From: Bacteroidales bacterium
Lineage (GTDB): Bacteria; Bacteroidota; Bacteroidia; Bacteroidales; UBA932
DNA length: 64,000 nt
NCBI GenBank assembly: GCA_016285175.1
Contig: JAEEQF010000001.1
Span: 32,099 to 96,098, forward strand
Direction: 5' to 3'
In this document: piece by piece, positions 10,759-19,161 of the stretch
Position numbering within the stretch: the first letter of the stretch is position 1
Layout of the letters: the number at the start of each line of letters is the position of its first letter
The notes under the pieces: generated by a model
What the model was told of the DNA's origin: nothing
What the model saw: only the letters and a program-made list of their open reading frames with translations
The model's database searches: none
Program-made: the position numbers and the translations under genes

Positions 10759-10766
10759 TAACTTTG
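10759..10766 (+). promoter_or_regulatory. -7 promoter box (TAacTTTG) for tRNA-Arg
   Basis: CACTAACTTTGCACC ends 13 nt before the first tRNA base. Confidence 0.5.
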
Positions 10767-10779
10767 CACCCGCAAAACC

Positions 10780-10853
10780 GGTTCCGTAGCTCAGCTGGAT
10801 AGAGCAACAGCCTTCTAAGCTGTGGGTCTCGGGTTCGAATCCCGACGGAATCA
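10780..10853 (+). tRNA. tRNA-Arg (anticodon UCU)
   Basis: Hand-folded cloverleaf. Acceptor GGTTCCG/CGGAATC (one G-U pair), D arm GCTC-AGCTGGATA-GAGC, anticodon arm ACAGC-CTTCTAA-GCTGT, T arm TCGGG-TTCGAAT-CCCGA, discriminator A. CCA is not encoded. Confidence 0.9.
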
Positions 10854-10862
10854 CGCTTTTTC

Positions 10863-10885
10863 GCCCGGCCATCGGCCGGGCTTTT
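10863..10885 (+). terminator. rho-independent terminator after tRNA-Arg
   Basis: GCCCGGCC-ATC-GGCCGGGC stem followed by TTTT. Confidence 0.7.
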
Positions 10886-10893
10886 GCGTAATT

Positions 10894-10911
10894 CCGCCGG
10901 GATTTCACTTC
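10894..10911 (+). repeat. 18-bp direct repeat, left copy (CCGCCGGGATTTCACTTC)
   Basis: Identical 18-mer recurs at 11056-11073. The copies bracket 144 bp of very GC-rich, hairpin-dense sequence. Confidence 0.8.
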
Positions 10912-11055
10912 GTTTAATCCCCCGCCGCTTCGCGGCCGCCCCCAGGGGCATTGAAGGGGTTCCACCCCCTCAAACTCCCCCAAGTCGGCCTTCGGCCTCC
11001 AACTACTCGGGCCCCCGCAGGGGAGGGAACCCGGCGCCCCCCGGGCGACGGCATC

Positions 11056-11073
11056 CCGCCGGGATTTCACTTC
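11056..11073 (+). repeat. 18-bp direct repeat, right copy (CCGCCGGGATTTCACTTC)
   Basis: Identical to 10894-10911. Confidence 0.8.
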
Positions 11074-11154
11074 ATACTTTTATAAACGAGACGTTTCAAC
11101 CGATTTTGCGCTTTGCCGGATTATTACTAACTTGCGAAAGAAAAATCCATATCC

Positions 11155-11922
11155 ATGAGAATTGCCATCATAGGTGCGGGGAACATGGGCGGCGCTACGG
11201 CGCTGGGCCTTTCCCGTTTTTGCCCCGGGGTGGAAATCACCGTTACCGCCAAGCACCGGGAAACCCTGGAAAAATACACCGCCATCGGCCTTCATGCCAC
11301 TTTGGACAATGTCCAGGCGGCCCAGTGGGCCGATATTATCATCCTGGGTGTGAAGCCCTGGCTGGTGAAAGAGGTGCTGGAGCCGATGCTCCCCCACTTT
11401 AAAGGGAAACTGCTGTTCTCCTTAGCCGCCGGTATTCCTGGAGAGCAGCTCAAAAAATGGGTGGCCGATGTGGCACCGGAAGGCGTCTATACCGTTATCC
11501 CCAACCTGGCCATCGAACTGGGTGAGAGCATGACTTTCGCACACGAGGTCATCGGCACGGAATCCAGCCGGAAGTGCCTCCTGGACCTTTTCAACACTGT
11601 AGGGAAGACCCTCCTGGTGAACGAAAAACAGCTGGGCGCCGGCATGATGGTGGCCTCCTGCGGAACCGCTTTCGCGCTGCGATATGCCAGGGCCGCCATG
11701 GAAGGCGGCGTGCAGCTGGGACTGTATCCCGCCCAGGCACTGGAAGCGGTCCTTCAAACTATGAAGGGAGCGGTGGATCTGGTAGACGCCCACGGCACCC
11801 ATCCGGAGCAGGAGATTGACCGCGTGACCACTCCCGGCGGCATCACCATCCAGGGTCTCAACGCCATGGAAGAGGCCGGTTTCTCCAATGCCGTAATCCA
11901 AGGACTCATCAGCTGGAAATAA
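11155..11922 (+). CDS. proC: pyrroline-5-carboxylate reductase
   Basis: 255 aa. N-terminal Rossmann motif IAIIGAGNMGGA and C-terminal TTPGGITIQGL motif typical of ProC. Confidence 0.85.
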   Translation: MRIAIIGAGNMGGATALGLSRFCPGVEITVTAKHRETLEKYTAIGLHATLDNVQAAQWADIIILGVKPWLVKEVLEPMLPHFKGKLLFSLAAGIPGEQLKKWVADVAPEGVYTVIPNLAIELGESMTFAHEVIGTESSRKCLLDLFNTVGKTLLVNEKQLGAGMMVASCGTAFALRYARAAMEGGVQLGLYPAQALEAVLQTMKGAVDLVDAHGTHPEQEIDRVTTPGGITIQGLNAMEEAGFSNAVIQGLISWK

Positions 11923-11970
11923 GGTATTTCCGGACCTGCGGTACGGTTTTTGAGTTAAAAACCGCCCGGT

Positions 11971-12576
11971 ATGAAAAGTCTGCTGTTAACGCTTGTGCTG
12001 CTTTTGTCCTGTGCCCTGTTCCTGAAGGCGCAGGATTATTCGGTTACCGCCCTGGACGTCCCCCAGATGGACAGGGACAGCGTCAGGACCCGGCCACAGA
12101 TTTCCCCGCTTTTGCTGTCCCCCCTGTCTTCCTCGCTGGGCCTGCCTTTATTCCATTCCATGGAATTCCCCTTTGAGACCAAGGAGCAGCGGGCCGCCCG
12201 GATCAACGCCATGATATCGGCCAGTGTTTCGGGTTCAGTTAGTGAGTATCTGCGCTGGTATCGGCCTCCCAAGCTTTCCCAGGGCCAGAAAATGGCCCTT
12301 TTCGTAGCCCGGCTTTTCCTTACGCCGCCCGTCAACCCCTCCATCCCGCCCGTCTTTTCCCAAACCCCGGGGCCTGCTCCCTTCGAGCACCCATTTTCTC
12401 CGGACCGTTTCCCCCAGCTGATACGGACGGAATATGACGCCGCCAGCGGCACCTACAAACAAGTGATGGTCCCTTGGAACGAATTCCAACTCAATCTTAA
12501 CCAGAGTTACGGCGCATACCGGACCGACCCCGTTCCCAAGGTCTATTTCACCTCCGGAGACCGCCAGGTGCACTGA
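11971..12576 (+). CDS. hypothetical secreted Pro-rich protein
   Basis: 201 aa with a signal peptide (MKSLLLTLVLLLSCALFLKAQD). No family recognised. Confidence 0.5.
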   Translation: MKSLLLTLVLLLSCALFLKAQDYSVTALDVPQMDRDSVRTRPQISPLLLSPLSSSLGLPLFHSMEFPFETKEQRAARINAMISASVSGSVSEYLRWYRPPKLSQGQKMALFVARLFLTPPVNPSIPPVFSQTPGPAPFEHPFSPDRFPQLIRTEYDAASGTYKQVMVPWNEFQLNLNQSYGAYRTDPVPKVYFTSGDRQVH

Positions 12577-12581
12577 CGGTT

Positions 12582-13649
12582 TTGGCAGTACGGCCATTTT
12601 TTCGTAAATTGGCGGAAATAAACAGAGCCTTAACCGATACGAGACCGTCCATAACCCTTCTTACCTCCCTGCTGCTATCCGCACTGGTCCTTTCCGGCTG
12701 CGGCACTTCCCGCATGGCCGTCCAGGGCGAGGAAGGCTTCAAATTCTGGCTGGAGCGCAGCTATGAGTCCGAGGGGTATCAGCAGGACCGCGTGATGCTG
12801 GTGGATCCGCAAGGGGATGCCATGCTAATCCGGAAACTGGACACGGCCTTTGTAAAACTGGCTTCGGCCTTTTTCCACCAGGACCTGCCCCAGGCCGTAT
12901 CGGACAGGGAAAGAAAGGCCGGAGAGGCCGATTTCAAAATTGGGAAAACCTATTCCCTTGACAATGAGCTGCTGCTGGAACAGTTTGCCGATATCATCCG
13001 CCGGAACTATCCTGCCATTTCGCCGTACATCGGGGAAGAGCATGTATGGTCTCCAGAGGCTAAAGTCTATAATCTGTATGGCTACTGGCACCGCCTGTGG
13101 AGAAGGTTCTCCGGAAAGCAGCAGGACTTCCCCATCCCCGTTTTCATGCGGAGCAAACTGCTCATGTGCCTGGCCTGCGGCTGGACTTCCCGCTACTGTA
13201 TAACCGGGACGGAAGAAGCTCTGAAAGAGAGGATTATGAGCTATCCCGACCATAGCCTGCAAATCCACGAACTCTTTGCCGAAAGCTATGTCCTGAACCA
13301 GGGGAACCTGTATATGACGCTCCTCTCCTGCGAGAATGTGCTCACCGGCCAGCCCCACCGGGCAGAGCGGGAATTCGATCCGCTCCAGCAGAAACTCTCC
13401 TACATCCGGAACGACTCAAAACCGCTGGGCGACAACTACGGCGCCTGGTACCATTTCTTCGGCATCGCCCTCTATGGCATGCTCCGGCCGCAGTTTGTCT
13501 CCACCTTTGTGGCCAATACGGAAAGCCTGGGTTCCTTCTTCATGGAAGGGCCGGACCGGCAGGAAACCCTCATCAACTATTACGGAGCCCTTTTTGGCAA
13601 AGAGCTCCGTAAAACCATCAAGAAAGGAAGCTGGCGACAGGCTCAATAG
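12582..13649 (+). CDS. hypothetical lipoprotein
   Basis: 355 aa. The only in-frame start before the lipobox (LVLSGCGT) is the TTG at 12582. No family recognised. The 3' end overlaps the convergent GDPD gene by 7 nt. Confidence 0.5.
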   Translation: MAVRPFFRKLAEINRALTDTRPSITLLTSLLLSALVLSGCGTSRMAVQGEEGFKFWLERSYESEGYQQDRVMLVDPQGDAMLIRKLDTAFVKLASAFFHQDLPQAVSDRERKAGEADFKIGKTYSLDNELLLEQFADIIRRNYPAISPYIGEEHVWSPEAKVYNLYGYWHRLWRRFSGKQQDFPIPVFMRSKLLMCLACGWTSRYCITGTEEALKERIMSYPDHSLQIHELFAESYVLNQGNLYMTLLSCENVLTGQPHRAEREFDPLQQKLSYIRNDSKPLGDNYGAWYHFFGIALYGMLRPQFVSTFVANTESLGSFFMEGPDRQETLINYYGALFGKELRKTIKKGSWRQAQ

Positions 13650-14989
13650 CCCAGACGCTCCAGCGTAGCCACCGGATCCGGAACCGCCGCCGGGGCCGAT
13701 GCGCTGCGGAGCCCGTGGTCCAGCAGGTACTGGAGGGTAAGGTCCGAACGGTTGGTGAAAAAGCCGTCGGAACGGGAAGTCTGCTCCTCCATCTGTATCA
13801 CGGAATCAAATGAATAAGGATGGTTGAGCATGCCGGCTTTCCGCACCAGGGCGGCCTGCCAGGCATTGTTAAGCTCCGAATAATTGTTGGGTTCGCCGGA
13901 AATGGACGGTCCGCTGATGCTGGCGCCGTTGGCCTTGGCCCAGTCCAGGATGGCCTGGAAGCCTTCCGGCGTATCCAGGTCACCGCCGGGAATCTCTTCC
14001 GGGCAAGGCGGCCACAGGAGGAAGCACATGGGAAGCTTTCCCTTGAAAACGGCATTGGCACGCACCAGGGACGCCGGAGAGAAGGTTTGCAGGATCACCT
14101 TGCCGGCGGTCTTTCCCACCTGCACCTTGCCATCCTTGTAGAATTCCTTCTCCGTGGCGGGGGAAGTGATGATGTTCCACCCTGCGGCATCCAGGATGTC
14201 GTACACCCGCCGTTCCATGTCCTCCGGATTCACCTCCGGCTCCTTGAATTCGATATAGATGCCGGGCCGATGGCCTCCGTCGGCAGGGTCGGCCTCATAG
14301 GCAAGCGAGAAGTCATAATCCAGCATTTCCATGTATTTCCCGCCCTCGGCGGCCGTGGAGCGGATATCGGAGAGGGTTTTCCCTTTGCAGGAATCCTTCA
14401 GTTTCCAGGGCAAGACGCGATGGCCGTCGGCATCCCGGCGGAGCCGCTTTCCCTCGGCATAGGCAATCTGGTCCTGCAAGGCCGATACATACTGGCTGCG
14501 CGCAAAGGCCTCACGCGCCTGCTCCGGCCGTGCGGCATTGAACCAGGAACCGGCATCCAGCATGAGCAGTTCTGCATAATAATAGGAGGCGGCGAAATAA
14601 GGCTTGAAAGCTTCCCGGTCCAGGGAAAGCTGCTCATCGGCATCGGCCTGGGAGAAGCCCAGGGACAGGTAGAAATCCCTCCGCGAAGCCGGCACACCGG
14701 CCCCGAAGACCTCTTCAATGTTGGTGGTGCGGGTAAGGTTCACGTCGTGATTGGCCAGGATGATACCGTCCTTGGTGCACTGGAGGTCGCTTTCCAGATA
14801 GTCCGCGCCCATTTCACGCGCCCAGCGCCAGGCGCTCTCCGTCTCTTCCGGAGCCCAGTAGGTGGAACCGCGATGGGCCATTACGGCATAGGCAGGTACA
14901 TTTTCATTTACAGTAAGGGGACTTGGCTGCTCCGCGCAGGAGACAAGCGCCGCAATCCAGGCCAGCCCGGCAAGACGTATCAGTTTCAT
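13643..14989 (-). CDS. glycerophosphodiester phosphodiesterase family lipoprotein
   Basis: GDPD motifs AHRGSTYWAPEETESAW and ESDLQCTKDGIILANHD. Trimmed from the track's TTG at 15082 to the ATG at 14987-14989 (MKLIRLAGLAWIAALVSC lipoprotein signal), because the extension contains the promoter box. Confidence 0.8.
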   Translation of the reverse strand: MKLIRLAGLAWIAALVSCAEQPSPLTVNENVPAYAVMAHRGSTYWAPEETESAWRWAREMGADYLESDLQCTKDGIILANHDVNLTRTTNIEEVFGAGVPASRRDFYLSLGFSQADADEQLSLDREAFKPYFAASYYYAELLMLDAGSWFNAARPEQAREAFARSQYVSALQDQIAYAEGKRLRRDADGHRVLPWKLKDSCKGKTLSDIRSTAAEGGKYMEMLDYDFSLAYEADPADGGHRPGIYIEFKEPEVNPEDMERRVYDILDAAGWNIITSPATEKEFYKDGKVQVGKTAGKVILQTFSPASLVRANAVFKGKLPMCFLLWPPCPEEIPGGDLDTPEGFQAILDWAKANGASISGPSISGEPNNYSELNNAWQAALVRKAGMLNHPYSFDSVIQMEEQTSRSDGFFTNRSDLTLQYLLDHGLRSASAPAAVPDPVATLERLGY

Positions 14990-15003
14990 AGTATCTGTTT
15001 TTG

Positions 15004-15011
15004 CAAAGATA
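15004..15011 (-). promoter_or_regulatory. -7 promoter box (TAtcTTTG) for the GDPD gene
   Basis: Minus strand reads CGTATCTTTGCAA, 14 nt upstream of the ATG at 14989. Confidence 0.5.
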
Positions 15012-15071
15012 CGAAAAATGCCGCAAAACCATGTGAGGGGGCTAAAAGTTGCTTTTCTAGAAGAAAAGTAG

Positions 15072-15079
15072 TACCTTTG
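15072..15079 (+). promoter_or_regulatory. -7 promoter box (TAccTTTG) for the DUF3575 locus
   Basis: AGTACCTTTGCAAA 35 nt upstream of the ATG at 15114. Confidence 0.5.
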
Positions 15080-15113
15080 CAAAATTTTTCGCCGTTAGTA
15101 GTTTGGTTAGGGC

Positions 15114-16109
15114 ATGAATACCATTAAACGATGGTTGGTAGTTATTCTTATGTGCGCTTTTGCCTGGGCATCTCCCCTGGCCATGGCGCAGGATAATTCC
15201 CATACCTCGGAGAAGGATGCATCCAAAGGTCTTTTTGCCTTAAAAACCAATCTCTTGGAGTGGACGGCCGCCATCCCCAACCTCTCCGTGATGGCGGATC
15301 TTTCCGGCAAGCCCTGGAACCGTTCCGTAGCCGCCCTCACACTCAAGTATAAATGGAAGACCAGCGAGACTTACGTCCCTTCCTATATGCTGAACCTCCT
15401 GGAGATCCGCCCCGAATACCGTTATTATCTGAATAACAGATTCTACGTGGGCGGCTATGCGGCGTACAGCAACTTCACCGCCAAACTGCCCAACAATCCC
15501 ACGGGCTGGACGGGTTTTGCCGCAGGCGGCGGCGCCTCGGGCGGAATGGAACTCCCGCTGTACCAATACCGGAAGAGCGCCCTGGATATTGAGTTCGGCC
15601 TCTCCCTGGGAGCCCATTATGCCTTCTACCGGGACTTTACCGCCAACGCCGACCACACCGGCATCGAGATTTCCAGCACCCCCGCCGGGCGCGTCCTTCC
15701 CTATCCGGAACTGCGAGTGGCGCTGGTGTGGCGCAAGACTTCGGTAAAAGACAAGTACAACGAAACCGATCCCATGAAGGCGCTCTATGCCCAGGAAAAG
15801 GAATCCATCCAGATCAACCTGAACGCCACCAACAAAGAGACCTTCGACGCCATGCAGCAGGGGAAGCTGAAATTCTACCAGGATAACATCTTCCACGACC
15901 TGTACCGCAACGACGCCGAAGCCTACCGGGCCGATTATGAGGCCTATCTCCAGGAGAGTTTCGTGGATATGGCCCTGGACAGCGTGGAGCATTCCCGCCT
16001 GGATGAACGCTCCAAGAACAAGCTGCGCAAATGGGTGGAAAGCCTGCGCAAAAAAGCCCTGGCCGATTTTGACAGATCCCTTAAAGCAGAGTTAAATAAA
16101 GTTAAATAA
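15114..16109 (+). CDS. DUF3575-type outer-membrane barrel protein with a ~130-aa charged helical C-terminal extension
   Basis: 331 aa with a signal peptide. FALKTNLLEW...IPNL and RPEYRYY match the DUF3575 hallmarks KTNLL and PExRYW. The C-terminal third is K/E/D-rich (KLRKWVESLRKKALADFDRSLKAELNKVK). Confidence 0.7.
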   Translation: MNTIKRWLVVILMCAFAWASPLAMAQDNSHTSEKDASKGLFALKTNLLEWTAAIPNLSVMADLSGKPWNRSVAALTLKYKWKTSETYVPSYMLNLLEIRPEYRYYLNNRFYVGGYAAYSNFTAKLPNNPTGWTGFAAGGGASGGMELPLYQYRKSALDIEFGLSLGAHYAFYRDFTANADHTGIEISSTPAGRVLPYPELRVALVWRKTSVKDKYNETDPMKALYAQEKESIQINLNATNKETFDAMQQGKLKFYQDNIFHDLYRNDAEAYRADYEAYLQESFVDMALDSVEHSRLDERSKNKLRKWVESLRKKALADFDRSLKAELNKVK

Positions 16110-16112
16110 GTG

Positions 16113-16691
16113 ATGGCACGTCTGAGTAAGGCATATCTCCTGGTGATGGCACTGTTCCTGCTGCTTCCGCTGCAGGCCGGCGCCCAGCGGCTGGCCGTAA
16201 AGACCAACGTGCTGTCCCTTGCCGCAGCCACCCCCCACCTGGGATTTGAAATGGTGACGGGCGAACATGTGAGCCTGTCGCTAAGCGCCTTCGGCAGTTC
16301 CAATCCCTACTGGAGGGACAAATCCCTGGGCGAAGACGTTTCCACCCGCTTTTTCGCCCTGCGCCCGGAAGTCCGATACTGGTTCAACGGACGGCCCCTC
16401 ACGCGTTTTTTCGCCGGTGCAAACATCCTGGCGGGCAGCTATGACTTCCCCCTCTGGGGCACGCTCCATAAGGGCACCCTGGCCGGACCGGGACTGTCGG
16501 TGGGCTATGTCATCAATCTGGGAAAGCGCCTGGACCTGGAGTTCACCTCCGGCGCCGGAGTGCTGTTCTACTGGGGAAAACGCTCTGCCGGCGACGGCTC
16601 CGTCCCCGCGGAGGACAGTCTGCCCAAGACCTGGGGCTACAAACTCACGCCCAACCAGTTAGGCATCACCCTGGTCTATATCATCAAATAA
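16113..16691 (+). CDS. DUF3575 domain outer-membrane barrel protein
   Basis: 192 aa from the ATG at 16113 (the track starts at GTG 16110). Signal peptide, then AVKTNVLSLAAATPHLGFE, RPEVRYWF, GPGLSVGYVINLGKRLDLEF and GITLVYII. Confidence 0.75.
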   Translation: MARLSKAYLLVMALFLLLPLQAGAQRLAVKTNVLSLAAATPHLGFEMVTGEHVSLSLSAFGSSNPYWRDKSLGEDVSTRFFALRPEVRYWFNGRPLTRFFAGANILAGSYDFPLWGTLHKGTLAGPGLSVGYVINLGKRLDLEFTSGAGVLFYWGKRSAGDGSVPAEDSLPKTWGYKLTPNQLGITLVYIIK

Positions 16692-16694
16692 GCT

Positions 16695-19154
16695 ATGGGG
16701 AAGGTCTTCAGACATATCGTTTCGCTTCTTCTCTGCCTGGCAGCCCTGCCGGCGGCCTTTGCGCAGGATATCAAGACCGTGTCCGGCGTAATTACATCGG
16801 CCGAAGACGGCAGCCCCATCTCGGACGGCATAACGGTCTATACGTACATGACCACCGCCGAGGCCCGGGACGACTACAACCGGATCAAGCAGATGCTGGA
16901 AGAGAACAGCCTGGCGGGATATGTCTTCTCCGGCATCCCCAACACCACCCTGGGCAATTACTATTCGGTCCAGGTGGCGGGTACCGGCGCCCTCCTGTTC
17001 TTCTATGAAGACGCCCGCGTGATCAGGATGGAAGAGGTGAAAGGCCGCCTGGAGATCAATGTGGCCCTGAAAGTGGCCCGCCAGATCCAGAGGGCTATCA
17101 TCGAGGCCGATAATCCCAAGCCCTACGTGGTGCTGGAATCCATCCCCATCTCCGGCGACAACGAGATTGCCTCCGAATTCACCTTCCTGTTCTCCGGTGA
17201 CGCGGCCGGCCGGCCGGATGCCCGTTTCGCCATCCAGGCCTACCTGCTGGGAGAGAACCGGAAAGACACCCTCCAGTACTTCCACCCCATCGTCCTGGAC
17301 GGCAAGGATTATCACAAGACCCAGCTCCGGCGGAAAGACTTCAACCCGGAAGAGGATTATCTCTACCAGTGCGCCGAGGAGGCCCCGGACTTCCTCAGCG
17401 ACTCCACCGTGAGCATCACCTACCCCTTCCGCTTTAAACTGGAAAGCCGGGACGATATCCGCTACTTCTGCTACAAGTATTGGATGGAAGACTATAACAG
17501 GGTCTTCGTGCAGGATTCGGCCCAGGTGTTCTCTACCGCCCGCCTGCAGGACCCCATGCAATTCCTGGAATACCAGTTTGACAGCTACAACCTGGATCCG
17601 GACGACTACTTCGTGGACGCCCAGCGGGAACGGCACACCGGCAAGAAGGAACTGCCCCTGCGCTTCATGGTGGGTAAATCCCGTATAGACCCGGCCGATA
17701 CAACCGGTCTCCGCGCCCTGGCGGAGATCAAGCAGGAGATTTCCGATATCGCTTCGGACCGGGATGCCAGCCTGAAGGAACTCTATATCTCCGGCGTAGC
17801 CTCGCCCGAAGGCAACTACAGCAAGAATGTAGACCTGGCAAAGGCCCGCATGAACTACCTGCTGGACAACATCCTCTCCGTCCTTCCCTCCTACAGCCGC
17901 CAGCGGGTGTACCAGAGCGGCACTTCCCGTGTAGCCGGATGGGAAGAGGTGGCCGATATCCTGGAGCGGGATTCGCTGCAGGCCCTCTCCGCCCAGGTGC
18001 GGGAGATAGCCTCCACCTATTCCGGAAAGATGGACAGCCAGTGGGCCCGGGTGCAGCGCCTGCCGGAATACCAGAGCCAGATAGCGCCCCGCCTGCCGGA
18101 ACTGCGCTCCGTATCCTGCACCTACCTTAGTGAAGTATACCGGAAACTGCTTCCGGAAGAAATCCTGGAAAAATACAACAGCGACCCTGAATACCGCAGC
18201 GGCAAGAAAAAGCTTACGCTCAACGAATACTGGAACCTGTACCGGATGCTCAGCGACGAAGAGGAACTGGAGGGACTGTACAAGAGAGGCATCACGGCCG
18301 CCGGGGAGATGAGTTACTTCTGGCCGCTGCCCGCCAACAACCTGGCCGTTTCCTACATCCAGAAAGGCCAGGTGGACACCACGCTGCTGAAGCCCTATCT
18401 CCACGAAGGATATTCCGTGAACCGGCCCATCATGAGCATGGCGGACCCCAACAAATACGAAAGGGTGTGGAATCTGGATCCCATAGTGGCCAACCAGGTT
18501 ATCATGCTGCTGAATGCCAAATCCAGCACCCGTGCCGTATTCTGGGCCACCTACCTCAAGAATCTGCCCCAGTACAACACCCTGTATCACATTGCCCGTT
18601 GCCTGGGCGGATACTATCAGGTGGATAATGAGGAAGGACGTGAAACCTTCCTGGTGGTAAGCCGGTCCTCCACCCGCAACGCCGCCGTCATGAATATGGC
18701 CGTGGGGTCCTGGGCCAATGCGGAGAAGGCGCTGGACGCCCTGCCGCAGGAGGAGGCCCTCACCCAATATATGCGGGCCCAGTTCCTGGCGCGGAAATTC
18801 GGCGGCGGACGCGACTACGGCCGCATGCAGGAGGAACTGTGGGGTATGGACGAGATCGGCCTGGATATCATGGTGTCGGATGCCGCCAAGACCTTCCTCA
18901 AGGAAGCTTTCCGGCAGGATGACAGTTACCGCCTCACGGCACAGAAGGACGCCTACCTGCCGGAAGACCTGGTAGCGGAAGCCGCCCTGGAATGGGCCCA
19001 GGAGCTCAAGGGCGTACCCGGAAAGGAAGAGGCCCTGAAAGATTACCTGGCCACCTGCCTGAGGATGAACCGGAATATGCTCCGGCGCATCCAGGCGGGG
19101 TTCCCGGAAGATATAGTGGACGCAGCCCGCGTGAGGATGAACACATTCGAGTAA
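16695..19154 (+). CDS. large secreted composite protein (CarboxypepD_reg-like N-terminus, DUF3868-like middle, OmpA-tail-like ASPEG motif, helical C-terminal half)
   Basis: 819 aa with a signal peptide (ALPAAFAQD). Contains IKTVSGVITSAEDGSPISDGITV, then ISGVASPEGNYSKNVDLAKARMNYLLDNI, then about 400 aa of helical-repeat-like sequence. Domain assignments are from memory of the families, not from a search. Confidence 0.55.
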   Translation: MGKVFRHIVSLLLCLAALPAAFAQDIKTVSGVITSAEDGSPISDGITVYTYMTTAEARDDYNRIKQMLEENSLAGYVFSGIPNTTLGNYYSVQVAGTGALLFFYEDARVIRMEEVKGRLEINVALKVARQIQRAIIEADNPKPYVVLESIPISGDNEIASEFTFLFSGDAAGRPDARFAIQAYLLGENRKDTLQYFHPIVLDGKDYHKTQLRRKDFNPEEDYLYQCAEEAPDFLSDSTVSITYPFRFKLESRDDIRYFCYKYWMEDYNRVFVQDSAQVFSTARLQDPMQFLEYQFDSYNLDPDDYFVDAQRERHTGKKELPLRFMVGKSRIDPADTTGLRALAEIKQEISDIASDRDASLKELYISGVASPEGNYSKNVDLAKARMNYLLDNILSVLPSYSRQRVYQSGTSRVAGWEEVADILERDSLQALSAQVREIASTYSGKMDSQWARVQRLPEYQSQIAPRLPELRSVSCTYLSEVYRKLLPEEILEKYNSDPEYRSGKKKLTLNEYWNLYRMLSDEEELEGLYKRGITAAGEMSYFWPLPANNLAVSYIQKGQVDTTLLKPYLHEGYSVNRPIMSMADPNKYERVWNLDPIVANQVIMLLNAKSSTRAVFWATYLKNLPQYNTLYHIARCLGGYYQVDNEEGRETFLVVSRSSTRNAAVMNMAVGSWANAEKALDALPQEEALTQYMRAQFLARKFGGGRDYGRMQEELWGMDEIGLDIMVSDAAKTFLKEAFRQDDSYRLTAQKDAYLPEDLVAEAALEWAQELKGVPGKEEALKDYLATCLRMNRNMLRRIQAGFPEDIVDAARVRMNTFE

Positions 19155-19161
19155 AGGAAAC

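Noticed and set aside
10780-11154. Possible integrated mobile element or genomic island at tRNA-Arg
   Set aside because: The direct repeats are not derived from the tRNA 3' end. Only 144 bp lies between them. No integrase, transposase or phage gene is nearby. I kept this only as a small-repeat observation.
10744-11402. ORFs 10744-11070 (-), 10670-10951 (-), 10884-11402 (+) and 11080-11397 (-) across the tRNA and the GC-rich repeat region
   Set aside because: They run through or antisense to tRNA-Arg, its terminator and the proC start. Their sequences are Pro/Gly/Arg-rich translations of GC-rich repeats. No coding signal is evident.
14990-15082. TTG-initiated 31-codon extension of the GDPD ORF
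   Set aside because: The extension contains the TAtcTTTG box at 15004-15011. The downstream ATG gives a textbook lipoprotein signal peptide.
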